A DNA stretch of 64,000 nt from Bacteroidales bacterium (GTDB lineage Bacteria; Bacteroidota; Bacteroidia; Bacteroidales; UBA3824): assembly GCA_017960885.1 (NCBI GenBank), contig JAGCYI010000176.1:27047-91046 (forward strand). Reading direction: 5' to 3'. The notes beneath the pieces are model-generated. The model ran no database searches and was not told the DNA's origin. It worked only from the letters and a program-made list of their open reading frames with translations. Both the position numbers and the translations under genes were made by a program. This document shows, piece after piece, positions 51,624 to 60,839 of the stretch; within the stretch, counting starts at the first letter, position 1, and the number at the start of each line of letters is the position of its first letter.

Positions 51624-54600
51624 ATGAAAGCAACCATGAAAACAACCAAATATACAACCATGAAGACTGTCTTCAAAACATTAGCCCTTGTGCTAATGAC
51701 CGCCGCCTGCCTGTCTGCGCAGGCTCAGGACGAGGCCAAGGTGTTCTACTCTTGGAACTCGGGTCCGTGGAACCAGCTCGAAACCTGGAGCTACAACGCC
51801 AACGACTACCAGCCCGTAGCCTCGCTGCCCACCAGCAACGACGACGTGTTCATCATCGAACCCGTTACCATAACCGAGAGCACCGACCCTTCGGAAGATG
51901 CCAAAGCCAAGAAGCTCCACCTCAACGCCACCCTCACCATCGAGAGCGGCGCCACTGTGCCCGTGTTTGGCGAATTAGTGGGTCACGGCAACCTCACCCT
52001 CAACGGCGACAACTATCCCGAAGTGCCTACCGGCAAAGACTACTACTCCGGTATGGTGTCGCTCAGCGGCAATGTGAATATGGAGCGCAATGTCGACAAC
52101 TACTCCAAGCTGTCGTTCAACGTGCTCAGCGGCACGGTAACGTTCAACAATCCCCTCCTCCGTTTCGGCACGGTGCGCGTGTCGTCAGGAGCGGTAACTG
52201 CAGCCGCCGACATCACCGTGCTCGAAGACCTTATAGTCAACAGCGGAAGCTCGTTCACCGGCAACCAAGACGTTACCATCAGCACCCACGGCAACATCGT
52301 GGCGTCTGGCTCGTTTGATATCGGCGGCACTCTCGCATTCGTATCCACCGACCGAAACCAGACTTTCACCCTCAAGCACGCCATCACACTAAAAAACATA
52401 CTGGTAGACAAAGGCACTACCAACTACTACGCCGACATCCTCGCCGCGGCCTCAGGATATTACCCAACCGAAGAAGGCAAAATCCCTGTCATCAACCTTC
52501 AGACAGGCTCGTTGATCATAGGCTCAAACATCAAAGTGGCTAAGCTCTCCACCTCGAGCGATTTTGTGATTCCGCAGAACGCCGAGCTCAAGATTGCCGG
52601 CGGCACAGTAGAGTCGCTCAAATCAATAACAGTAAACGGCGACCTCACAGTAGCCAGCGGACACCTCTACCTCGGTTACGACGGCGACAAGGGCGGCGTA
52701 AACCTCAACGGCGGCACATTCACAGTGTCGGGCGGCAGCAGCACCACCACATTCGTACAAGACGGCGGTGTGGCATCGGCTTTCCGTATGACTGCCGGCG
52801 AGCTCACCATCACCGACCGAGACCACGACAACAATTTGTTTTTTAATCTCACAAGCCCCAACACTGTTTACTCGCTTTCGGGTGGCACATTCATATTCAA
52901 AGGTTCTACGTTCGCTGTGCATAGCTCCAACCCGATAGCCACCGGCGGTGAGTTTATTTTCGACAGCGGCTCCCAAACCCCAGAACTAAAATACATCGCA
53001 CCATTCTACTCCTTATATATTAAGAGCGGACAAGTGAAGTATATCCCCGAGGTAGGCAACAACAACCCCTTTGTGGTAAACGGCAATTTTAAGCTTGCTC
53101 CCACTGCCTCTTTTTTAAACTCCGACAAAGACCTTCATATCGGTGGCGACCTCTTGCTCGAAGCTCAGGAAGGTGATGGAAACCAGAACATAGGTGCGTT
53201 TTCCGAAATCAACGACTTCTACTTTTTCTCATCCAACAACACCACCATCACCACCAACAATCGTCATGTAACATACAATAACGTTGTGATTGAGAAAGCC
53301 ACCGGCAAGAGCGTCACCCTCACATCCGACATATCGCTTTCGGGTGCGCTCACAGTGCTCAACGGTACTCTCAACACAAACTCCAAGAGTGTGAGTGTGC
53401 AAGACTCTGTGCTCAACAACGGCGCAATCATTGGCAACCTTCATCTTAATGGAGGTGACGGACAGACTATGTCAGGCTCAGGCTCTTACGACAAGGTGTA
53501 CCTCGACAATCAGAACGGAGTAAAGCTCAAGTCTGACGTCACTGTCAACGAGTTCATTTTCCCAACTTCGGTCAATGCGCTGTGCAACCTCAACAACTAT
53601 GTGATGACGGTCAACAACAAAGTTACTAACGCAGGCTCTACAAGGTTTTTTGCCAACAACACCAACAGGGCAAGTTCAGGTCTTCGTCTGCATGTGACTG
53701 CTGCAGCTGGCACAGCCACTAATACAAACTTAGCTACCTATCATATCGGCTATGGCAGCAACTACGCCCCAGCCTTCATACGCACTACTGCCGCCCTATC
53801 TGCCGCAGTAGACGAGTGGGTTACATTCAACGTGCTTGACCCCGACGGTGCTCATCATCCGTGTCTCAAAACAGATAAAAACGCAAGCATATACTGGGTG
53901 GCTCGTTCGTCGGCAAACAATACCAACAATCCTAACAATGGCAAGATCAAATACGTGCTCGAATGTGAGAGCGTGAACTTTACAAACAATAATAATCCGC
54001 CCCTTTATTACAACTTGGGTCTTATTGGCACAGGTTGGATTGTTTCGGGTACATCACAAACCCACAAAGTAGAATTCCAAGATGCTAATTACGCCCTTCC
54101 TTCTGGCGACTTTACAGCTGGTGAGACAGGTAATAATAATCTTTCTATCAGAGTTCTGTATACAACGGGAGGTGCTACAAGGTCTGAGTTTTACGTAACA
54201 GGCAATAATTGGCGTATCAACAATACCAACCAACTTACTACACCGGCAGCCGGTGATATCCTTGTAGTGAGAAACTGTGACTGGTGCGAATATTTTCCTA
54301 ATAACACATGTGTTGCTGCTTCTTGGTTTGGATGTACGGAATACGCTGGCAAAACTGATTATATCGGCAAAATTATTTTTGAACGTGATGAAGATTTTGA
54401 AGGAGACTACGGTCGTCTCTATTTGGACAACGTTTCCGGTATACATATTGGTGAAATCAGCGGAAAGGGTATAGTACAGATTTTGTCAGATTTTACCAGT
54501 CAATATGTGGTTAATGCCGACTATTCACAGTTTGATGCTGAAGACGAGAGTTCTTATATTTTCTACAATACAGGAAAAAATAATTCTTCTACATATACCA

Positions 54601-57600
54601 TCAACTACAAGCACGAGGGTACATATCCCAATGTCAGCCTTGGTACTTCGTATGTTGGAACAGACTCACCTACTTTGTATTATCAAGGCAAGCTGCCTAT
54701 CAGAGGATACCTGAATATCCGCCGCTGTGTGTTCGAAATGCGCAGCGATGTGGAGTGCGGCCAGCTTCAGCTTGGCGGTGTGTACAATGGTGATGTTAAA
54801 TTTAACCCCTCTTACAGCTCCACTCTCACAGTCAACGGCAACATCAATTTTGATTTCACAATTGACGTTGACGACGAAGAAAAAAAAGGAAGCCGCCGTA
54901 TCTTTATGGCCGATGTCAATGGAAACGGAACTAACAAAATTATTGTAAAAGGTGACATCATAGCTGAAACTGGATACTCCGGTTACCAAAATCAGGATAT
55001 GGGATTTGAGCTCTGCAATAGCTACGGCAAGTTTGTAACACTCGAATTTGCCGGCTCTAAAAATTCTGAAATCAGAATTACCCCCCGCGACAAGTTCAAG
55101 TTTGAAGTTGGTAGGGTAGTGGTAAACAAAGACGAAGGCAGCAGCGTGACTTTCGCCTCTATGCCTATGAATTTCAAAAACTCCAGCCTCTATGCCGCAA
55201 GCTCCGCTAACAAGGCGTTTGTATTGCAGAGCGGCAACGCTATTTTCAATGTGGCGCAAGAGTTGACACTTTCGTCAGATGGCGACGACTTTATAATACC
55301 CGCAGCATCTAAGCTGATAGCCAACGCCTCGGGCGTGGTTTTCAATGTGGGATGCAACACTGGCATCACTCTCGGCGGCACTCTCGAGCTCAACGAGGGC
55401 ACTAAGCTTGTAAACCAAGGACACCTTTATTATAAGGAAACCGGCAAGGCAATTCTTGATGTAAAAGCTGGAGCTGAGTTTTCTGCATCGCAATTCTGCC
55501 CCGATCCTCAGTCTTCGGGTCGAATTGCTCTCACAGTTGCCACAACATCGTCGAATGGTTCGTTTAAAATCGGCGGCGACGGATGTATGTCCGCTGCGGC
55601 TTACGGAATCTTCGATATTGCAGAAGGTAGCACAATCACTTTGGCAGACAATGCCGAGGTGCAATTTATCGACGGCAGACACAATCCTAACATAGCCGAC
55701 GTGGCTATCAACAACGACGAAGCCGACTGCCATTTCGGTACTGGGGCTAAATTTATTTTTGAAAAGGCGGTGACCAATGTATTGTCTGAGCCTATCGTTG
55801 AAAAAGAAGGTCGTGTTGAAAGAAGAGGTGTTCGTTCGTTAACTAAGAATGGTAATTATACACCTTGTACTCCAAGTGGTGTTTGGACTGCTGATTGGTA
55901 TTCAAAATATAACGCTAATGATCCAAATTGGAGTTTCGATTATACTCTGGATGATAATCGCGAAAAAATAGGTTCTTATTATTATAAGGATAGACATTAT
56001 TTCTACACTTACAATGGATCTCCTGACCATAGGGTAGTGATGGGTTCATCATCATCGCCCTCGTCGTTCACACTTGCCAGCAACACACCGCTGCCCAATG
56101 TGGAGATTCGCGACGATGCCACCGTTACTCTTATGACCGTGCCGCTCACTGTCAACAACACCCTCACCATAACATCCGAAGGCACTCTCAATGCCAACGG
56201 CAAGGATATGTTTCTCCTTGGCGACTTTATTGTGGACGGTGCTTTCACCCCGGGTGTCAACACTGTGGATTTCTGCGGCACTGAAAAACAGACTGTCGGC
56301 GGCGACAAGCCTATCAAATTCTACAACTCCACTATATCAAACAACAGCGCTATTGTAGAGTTTGTAAACGCCAACACCATTGCCAACGAACTTTATATTA
56401 AAGAAAACGCCAACCTCTTTGACGCCGGCGCTTGGCGACCCATCACTGTGGAAACCAAGTACACCAACAAACTCGGCACTTACTCTGGCGAGGGCGGCAT
56501 CGCCCTCAACAGCGGCGACCAGGATCATACTGTTAATGTATACAGCACCGGCACCACTTCAAAACTTATTGTCAACAACCCCGCTGGCGTGGTGGTTGAC
56601 AACAAAACTGGCGAAGACCTCGTTATCAGCGAAGCCCTCGTTATTGACAACGGATTGCTCAATATGATGACCGTTAACCTCGTGCTCGGCGAGAATGTGT
56701 CAACAGTAGAAGGCGAGGGCTTCGGCACTAACAAGATGATTGTGTTTGAATCGGCTGTTACCCGATGCGGCGTTAAGAAAATATTCAGCGGCAGCGAGAC
56801 GGAGTTTCTGATGCCTTTCGGCGTTACCAACAAATACACACCCGCCACTATACATTTGACCGAAATTACCCCAGGCGCTTCTATTACGATATTCCCAATT
56901 GATGCCTACCATCCATCTATTGTGGAAGATGAGGAGTATGAAGATGATGAATTCAACTTGCCCGACTTTGCCAACACTTTGAAATATTATTGGGACGTGG
57001 TGTCTGATGGCGTGCAAAATTTCAAAGGCTGGCTGATGTTCAACAACCAAAAGGAAGACTATCAGGCTCCCAACAAGGGTGATGGTCACGGATACGACCA
57101 TTATGTGGCAGCCCGTCTGCTCAAAGACCATGTGGAGTGGGACAAGGACGACATCCTCAGCGACTCGTACGACAAGGGCGAGATCGTTTTCAAAAATTTC
57201 GACTTCGACAACGACGCCAACATCTCTGGCCAGTACACCGCAGGCCTGGTTGACCGTAATGGTATCGGCTCTATTCCCGGCAAACTCAAGGTATACGTTA
57301 CCAAACAAAACGGTAAGTGGAATGAAGCCTCTACTTGGGCGGTTGCAACGGTTGAGGGCAACCATATCTACTTCGACAATAATGGCGATGCCGTTATTGA
57401 CGAAGCCGCTACAGCTAAGCTTCCTGACACCTTTGAATGTCCCGAACGAGGCTCTATAGTTTTTGTATACCACAATGTGGACGTTGAAGACAACGGTATC
57501 AACGTGTTCCACACCACTATAGGACGCAACTCATCCGCCGAAATAGGCACAGTAAACCTCTACAATACCAAGAGCCACCGTTTTGGCGTGGTTGCTGGTA

Positions 57601-60600
57601 GGGGACGTATTATCACCCAATCGGGTTCGCTGCCCCGTGGTTTCTACAATAAGTTTGTGGAAGCCAAAGGCGGTACTATTGAGTATGACGGCGAAACCGA
57701 CTACGAAATCAATATGAGCGTGTTTAACAATGTGGAGTTCTCCGGATCGCACAAACGCATCCTTGGTCCAAACGACCTTGTGGTCAACGGCTATTTCAAA
57801 ACCAACGGCGATAACTCTCCACAAGATAAATTGAGCATTATCAACTCCAACGGTGCCACATGGAATATCAAGGGCGACTTCATCTACAACCAAGGCACGT
57901 TTGTAGCTCCCACCGAAGGCACTATCAGCATCATAAGAATGTGCGGTGGAGATGGTCAGGAAATGTACTCCGAAGGCGAGTTTGATCCCGATGTGCTGCA
58001 TATCAATATTTTGGAAGTGGCAAACTCGTCGCTCGACGGCGTACACGCCAAGCTCAATATCAATATCGTGGAGCATGTTAAGTTCGACGACGGAGTGCTC
58101 TACACCTACGACGATAAGCGTTTCGCCATCATCAATTTCTCTGAAGACGAGTCGCTCACAGTGCAGAACTACAACAAAGACCGCTTTATCAACGGCCCGC
58201 TTACCAAGCTCATCCTCAACGAGGGCAAATGGACTTTCCCCGTGGGCAGCCACCTCAACGACGAGGAGAAACAGAACAACCGTCTCGGCCACTTCACCGT
58301 GTACGACTATTCGCCTGGCGACAACAACGGCAGCGGCTTTGTAACTGTTAAGTATTTCTACGAGCCTCACTCTAAAAGCGGTGAACCCGGCCGCTACGGC
58401 GAAGGCATCATCTCTGTTGACCGTTCGGAATACTGGACTGTGAAACCCGACGTAGCAGGTTCTACTTTCGGACTCCGTCTCCGTTGGGACGAAACAAGCC
58501 TTATTTCTTCCGACGCCGCATCTATAAGCAATGTCTGCATTACCAATTTCGACGGCGAAAACTGGATCAAGGTCAACTCAAAGGCTGCGTCTACAAGCAC
58601 TCAGACTGGTACTGTATATTCCGACAACCCCGCAGTGCTTACACACGACAGCCAGTCTTACGTATACACTCTCGCCCATACCGGCTCAATCACTTTCAAC
58701 TGGACAGGCGATTATGACGACAACTGGTTCGACACCCGCAACTGGAGCGGCATGCAAGTGCCCACTTTCACCGACTTTGTAATTATCGGCACTGTGGAAA
58801 CTGGCAAAAAATACCCAGTTATCAATACTTCTGAGATTGCCGAGGCTAAATTTCTGGAGCTTTCCGACCATTCAAGCCTCACCATAAGGTCTGGTGCTAA
58901 GCTCACCGTCTTCACCGACGTGGTAGTGGAAGATGGTAGCACGCTTCTTCTTGAAACATCTTCCAATCTCAAAGATCCTGATCCAAATAACAACAAAGTA
59001 TTCCATTCGCTGCCGGTTGCCGGTTCGCTTATCTATTATGGCAACTATATAGGCCAGGTAACATTCCAGCGCTTTGTACGCAGTTACGAGTTTGAACGTT
59101 TGAGCATTCCTGTTTCAGGATTCAATGTTTCTCAGTTCTTTTATGGCGCTTATGTCTACCGTTACAACGAAGATGCTGATCTTGACGATGATGTACCGAA
59201 CAAAACAGATGAGTATTATCATTATCAAGGGGCAGATGAAAACCAAAACCCCGAAATCCTCTCTGACGGATGGGAAATGATTGACAAATCCGATGTTGAT
59301 AATACAGACCTCACACAGGCATACCGCTATATTAGCTGGCCATATTTTGCACCTTATGCTATGTCGTTTACTGGTACCCCCGTGCTCCATGGTGGCGAAG
59401 ATTTCGTAGTGCCAGTGTCGTTCACCAGCAACGACCCCGTAGAGCCTGGCATGGGTTACACCGATGATATGCTCGACGGTTGGAACTATATACCCAATCC
59501 ATTCCTTTCGGCAATCGACGCCGACAAGATTGTGTTCAACCATGTTGACAAGGTTATCTACACTCACGACAATATATCCGACTACCCAATTGCGTATGTA
59601 GTGGATGGCGGATTTAATGTAGGTGTGTTAAATACTGTTGGTGTAACTAATCAAGAAGGTAGCCGCTACATTCCGGCAGGTCAGAGTTTCTTTGTTCACG
59701 CCACCAAAGGCGCCTCTACACAGGGCTCTGGCTCCGTGGTGCTTACTAAGGCTTCTCGAAGCCATGGCGACGCCAATATGGTAATTAAGTCGGGTAGAAA
59801 CTCAGGCAAATCTGAGTATGAAAAAATAGTGTTCAACACATCGGCTGGCGGAGCAAAATACCAGAGTGCTGTTTACTTTGCCGAAAATGCTACCGAGGCG
59901 TTCGACTCGCAATACGATGCCTTTATGCAGGAGGTGGAAGCCGACAACGTGCTCTTCTTCTATTCGTTTGGCAGCGATTACAAAGTGCCTCTTGCAGCCA
60001 ACGGCTTGCCGCATTCTGTTAAGGATGGCGGAGAAATCCGTCTCGGATACTCTACAACCACAGCCGGCACATACACCTTGTATGTTCCCGCACTCTCGGT
60101 TGCTAATGCTCAGGTTTACTTGTACGATGCCGAAAAAGAAACCACAACACAATTGTCGGAAGGTTTTGCTTGCAAGATAGATGTGGCTGCTGGCACCAAC
60201 AATTCAAGGTTTAAACTTATTTTTGAACCTATTGTTGAGCCTGAGCCCGAACCCGAGCCCGAACCTTTACCACAGCCTCAACCACAGCCAGATCCTATAA
60301 ATGATCCTGTGGTAATTATCAATCCCGAAATTATTGTCCCTGATATAATTGACGATTCTAACGTGCCTTTTGATGTAGACACTGATGAAACTGACAATAA
60401 TACCGACAATATCGTTCCTTTGCCTTCTGAATTGACTACTGTTGATAAAGAAATAGATGTGAAGGTTTATCCCGTGCCTTCAAACGGACCTGTTACAGTT
60501 GAACTCGGCTCGCTGATTGAAGAAACTGGTTCGGTTAGGATGACACTCGTCTCCGTTTCAGGACGTGTGATTATCACCAAAAACGTGGTGGACGATAAAG

Positions 60601-60689
60601 TAGAACTCAATATCGATAAGGCCGGAGTGTATATCCTAAGGCTGCAAACCCCGTCGAAAACAGTGGTTAAGAGAATAGTGATACAATAG
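51624..60689 (+). CDS. giant (~3,020 aa) T9SS-secreted surface protein
   Basis: The signal peptide is MKTVFKTLALVLMTAACLSAQAQ. The protein has long Gly/Asn/Thr/Ser-rich beta-strand-type sequence and a PEPEPEPEPEPLPQPQPQPDP linker. The C-terminus VKVYPVPSNGPVTVEL...GVYILRLQT...KRIVIQ is a Por secretion-tail sorting domain. The start is ambiguous (GTG 51594; ATG 51624, 51636 or 51660). Confidence 0.85.
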   Translation: MKATMKTTKYTTMKTVFKTLALVLMTAACLSAQAQDEAKVFYSWNSGPWNQLETWSYNANDYQPVASLPTSNDDVFIIEPVTITESTDPSEDAKAKKLHLNATLTIESGATVPVFGELVGHGNLTLNGDNYPEVPTGKDYYSGMVSLSGNVNMERNVDNYSKLSFNVLSGTVTFNNPLLRFGTVRVSSGAVTAAADITVLEDLIVNSGSSFTGNQDVTISTHGNIVASGSFDIGGTLAFVSTDRNQTFTLKHAITLKNILVDKGTTNYYADILAAASGYYPTEEGKIPVINLQTGSLIIGSNIKVAKLSTSSDFVIPQNAELKIAGGTVESLKSITVNGDLTVASGHLYLGYDGDKGGVNLNGGTFTVSGGSSTTTFVQDGGVASAFRMTAGELTITDRDHDNNLFFNLTSPNTVYSLSGGTFIFKGSTFAVHSSNPIATGGEFIFDSGSQTPELKYIAPFYSLYIKSGQVKYIPEVGNNNPFVVNGNFKLAPTASFLNSDKDLHIGGDLLLEAQEGDGNQNIGAFSEINDFYFFSSNNTTITTNNRHVTYNNVVIEKATGKSVTLTSDISLSGALTVLNGTLNTNSKSVSVQDSVLNNGAIIGNLHLNGGDGQTMSGSGSYDKVYLDNQNGVKLKSDVTVNEFIFPTSVNALCNLNNYVMTVNNKVTNAGSTRFFANNTNRASSGLRLHVTAAAGTATNTNLATYHIGYGSNYAPAFIRTTAALSAAVDEWVTFNVLDPDGAHHPCLKTDKNASIYWVARSSANNTNNPNNGKIKYVLECESVNFTNNNNPPLYYNLGLIGTGWIVSGTSQTHKVEFQDANYALPSGDFTAGETGNNNLSIRVLYTTGGATRSEFYVTGNNWRINNTNQLTTPAAGDILVVRNCDWCEYFPNNTCVAASWFGCTEYAGKTDYIGKIIFERDEDFEGDYGRLYLDNVSGIHIGEISGKGIVQILSDFTSQYVVNADYSQFDAEDESSYIFYNTGKNNSSTYTINYKHEGTYPNVSLGTSYVGTDSPTLYYQGKLPIRGYLNIRRCVFEMRSDVECGQLQLGGVYNGDVKFNPSYSSTLTVNGNINFDFTIDVDDEEKKGSRRIFMADVNGNGTNKIIVKGDIIAETGYSGYQNQDMGFELCNSYGKFVTLEFAGSKNSEIRITPRDKFKFEVGRVVVNKDEGSSVTFASMPMNFKNSSLYAASSANKAFVLQSGNAIFNVAQELTLSSDGDDFIIPAASKLIANASGVVFNVGCNTGITLGGTLELNEGTKLVNQGHLYYKETGKAILDVKAGAEFSASQFCPDPQSSGRIALTVATTSSNGSFKIGGDGCMSAAAYGIFDIAEGSTITLADNAEVQFIDGRHNPNIADVAINNDEADCHFGTGAKFIFEKAVTNVLSEPIVEKEGRVERRGVRSLTKNGNYTPCTPSGVWTADWYSKYNANDPNWSFDYTLDDNREKIGSYYYKDRHYFYTYNGSPDHRVVMGSSSSPSSFTLASNTPLPNVEIRDDATVTLMTVPLTVNNTLTITSEGTLNANGKDMFLLGDFIVDGAFTPGVNTVDFCGTEKQTVGGDKPIKFYNSTISNNSAIVEFVNANTIANELYIKENANLFDAGAWRPITVETKYTNKLGTYSGEGGIALNSGDQDHTVNVYSTGTTSKLIVNNPAGVVVDNKTGEDLVISEALVIDNGLLNMMTVNLVLGENVSTVEGEGFGTNKMIVFESAVTRCGVKKIFSGSETEFLMPFGVTNKYTPATIHLTEITPGASITIFPIDAYHPSIVEDEEYEDDEFNLPDFANTLKYYWDVVSDGVQNFKGWLMFNNQKEDYQAPNKGDGHGYDHYVAARLLKDHVEWDKDDILSDSYDKGEIVFKNFDFDNDANISGQYTAGLVDRNGIGSIPGKLKVYVTKQNGKWNEASTWAVATVEGNHIYFDNNGDAVIDEAATAKLPDTFECPERGSIVFVYHNVDVEDNGINVFHTTIGRNSSAEIGTVNLYNTKSHRFGVVAGRGRIITQSGSLPRGFYNKFVEAKGGTIEYDGETDYEINMSVFNNVEFSGSHKRILGPNDLVVNGYFKTNGDNSPQDKLSIINSNGATWNIKGDFIYNQGTFVAPTEGTISIIRMCGGDGQEMYSEGEFDPDVLHINILEVANSSLDGVHAKLNINIVEHVKFDDGVLYTYDDKRFAIINFSEDESLTVQNYNKDRFINGPLTKLILNEGKWTFPVGSHLNDEEKQNNRLGHFTVYDYSPGDNNGSGFVTVKYFYEPHSKSGEPGRYGEGIISVDRSEYWTVKPDVAGSTFGLRLRWDETSLISSDAASISNVCITNFDGENWIKVNSKAASTSTQTGTVYSDNPAVLTHDSQSYVYTLAHTGSITFNWTGDYDDNWFDTRNWSGMQVPTFTDFVIIGTVETGKKYPVINTSEIAEAKFLELSDHSSLTIRSGAKLTVFTDVVVEDGSTLLLETSSNLKDPDPNNNKVFHSLPVAGSLIYYGNYIGQVTFQRFVRSYEFERLSIPVSGFNVSQFFYGAYVYRYNEDADLDDDVPNKTDEYYHYQGADENQNPEILSDGWEMIDKSDVDNTDLTQAYRYISWPYFAPYAMSFTGTPVLHGGEDFVVPVSFTSNDPVEPGMGYTDDMLDGWNYIPNPFLSAIDADKIVFNHVDKVIYTHDNISDYPIAYVVDGGFNVGVLNTVGVTNQEGSRYIPAGQSFFVHATKGASTQGSGSVVLTKASRSHGDANMVIKSGRNSGKSEYEKIVFNTSAGGAKYQSAVYFAENATEAFDSQYDAFMQEVEADNVLFFYSFGSDYKVPLAANGLPHSVKDGGEIRLGYSTTTAGTYTLYVPALSVANAQVYLYDAEKETTTQLSEGFACKIDVAAGTNNSRFKLIFEPIVEPEPEPEPEPLPQPQPQPDPINDPVVIINPEIIVPDIIDDSNVPFDVDTDETDNNTDNIVPLPSELTTVDKEIDVKVYPVPSNGPVTVELGSLIEETGSVRMTLVSVSGRVIITKNVVDDKVELNIDKAGVYILRLQTPSKTVVKRIVIQ

Positions 60690-60717
60690 ACGAAACCTGA
60701 ATATCAAATAGTAAAAC

Positions 60718-60765
60718 AAAAGGAAGGTGAAAAGTGGATAACCCATTTTTCACCTTCCTTTTTAA
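60718..60765 (+). terminator. strong rho-independent terminator of the giant gene
   Basis: aaaggaaggtgaaaa/ttttcaccttccttt forms a roughly 15-bp perfect stem with a 13-nt loop, followed by a T run. Confidence 0.85.
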
Positions 60766-60839
60766 TTATGCATTATGCATTATGCATTATGCATTATGCA
60801 TTATGCATTATGCATTGTGCATTGTGCATTATGCATTAA
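60765..60839. repeat. heptanucleotide microsatellite (GCATTAT)n, about 10 units with two GCATTGT variants
   Basis: attatgcattatgcattatgcattatgcattatgcattatgcattgtgcattgtgcattatgcattaat. The last unit supplies the final codons and the TAA stop of the convergent PP2C gene. Confidence 0.95.

Noticed and set aside
56700-58370. 270-aa and 279-aa minus-strand ORFs (56700-57512, 57531-58370) inside the giant gene
   Set aside because: They are antisense to a continuous 9.1-kb ORF with a signal peptide and a T9SS sorting domain. They are Val/Gly/His-rich mirror-frame artefacts.
60734-60746. DnaA-box-like agtggataa in the terminator loop, and iteron-like repeats as a replication origin
   Set aside because: It is a single imperfect box inside a hairpin loop. 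No rep or dnaA gene or AT-rich unwinding element is associated with it. The 24-mers at 49.7-50.1 kb have no replication genes nearby.
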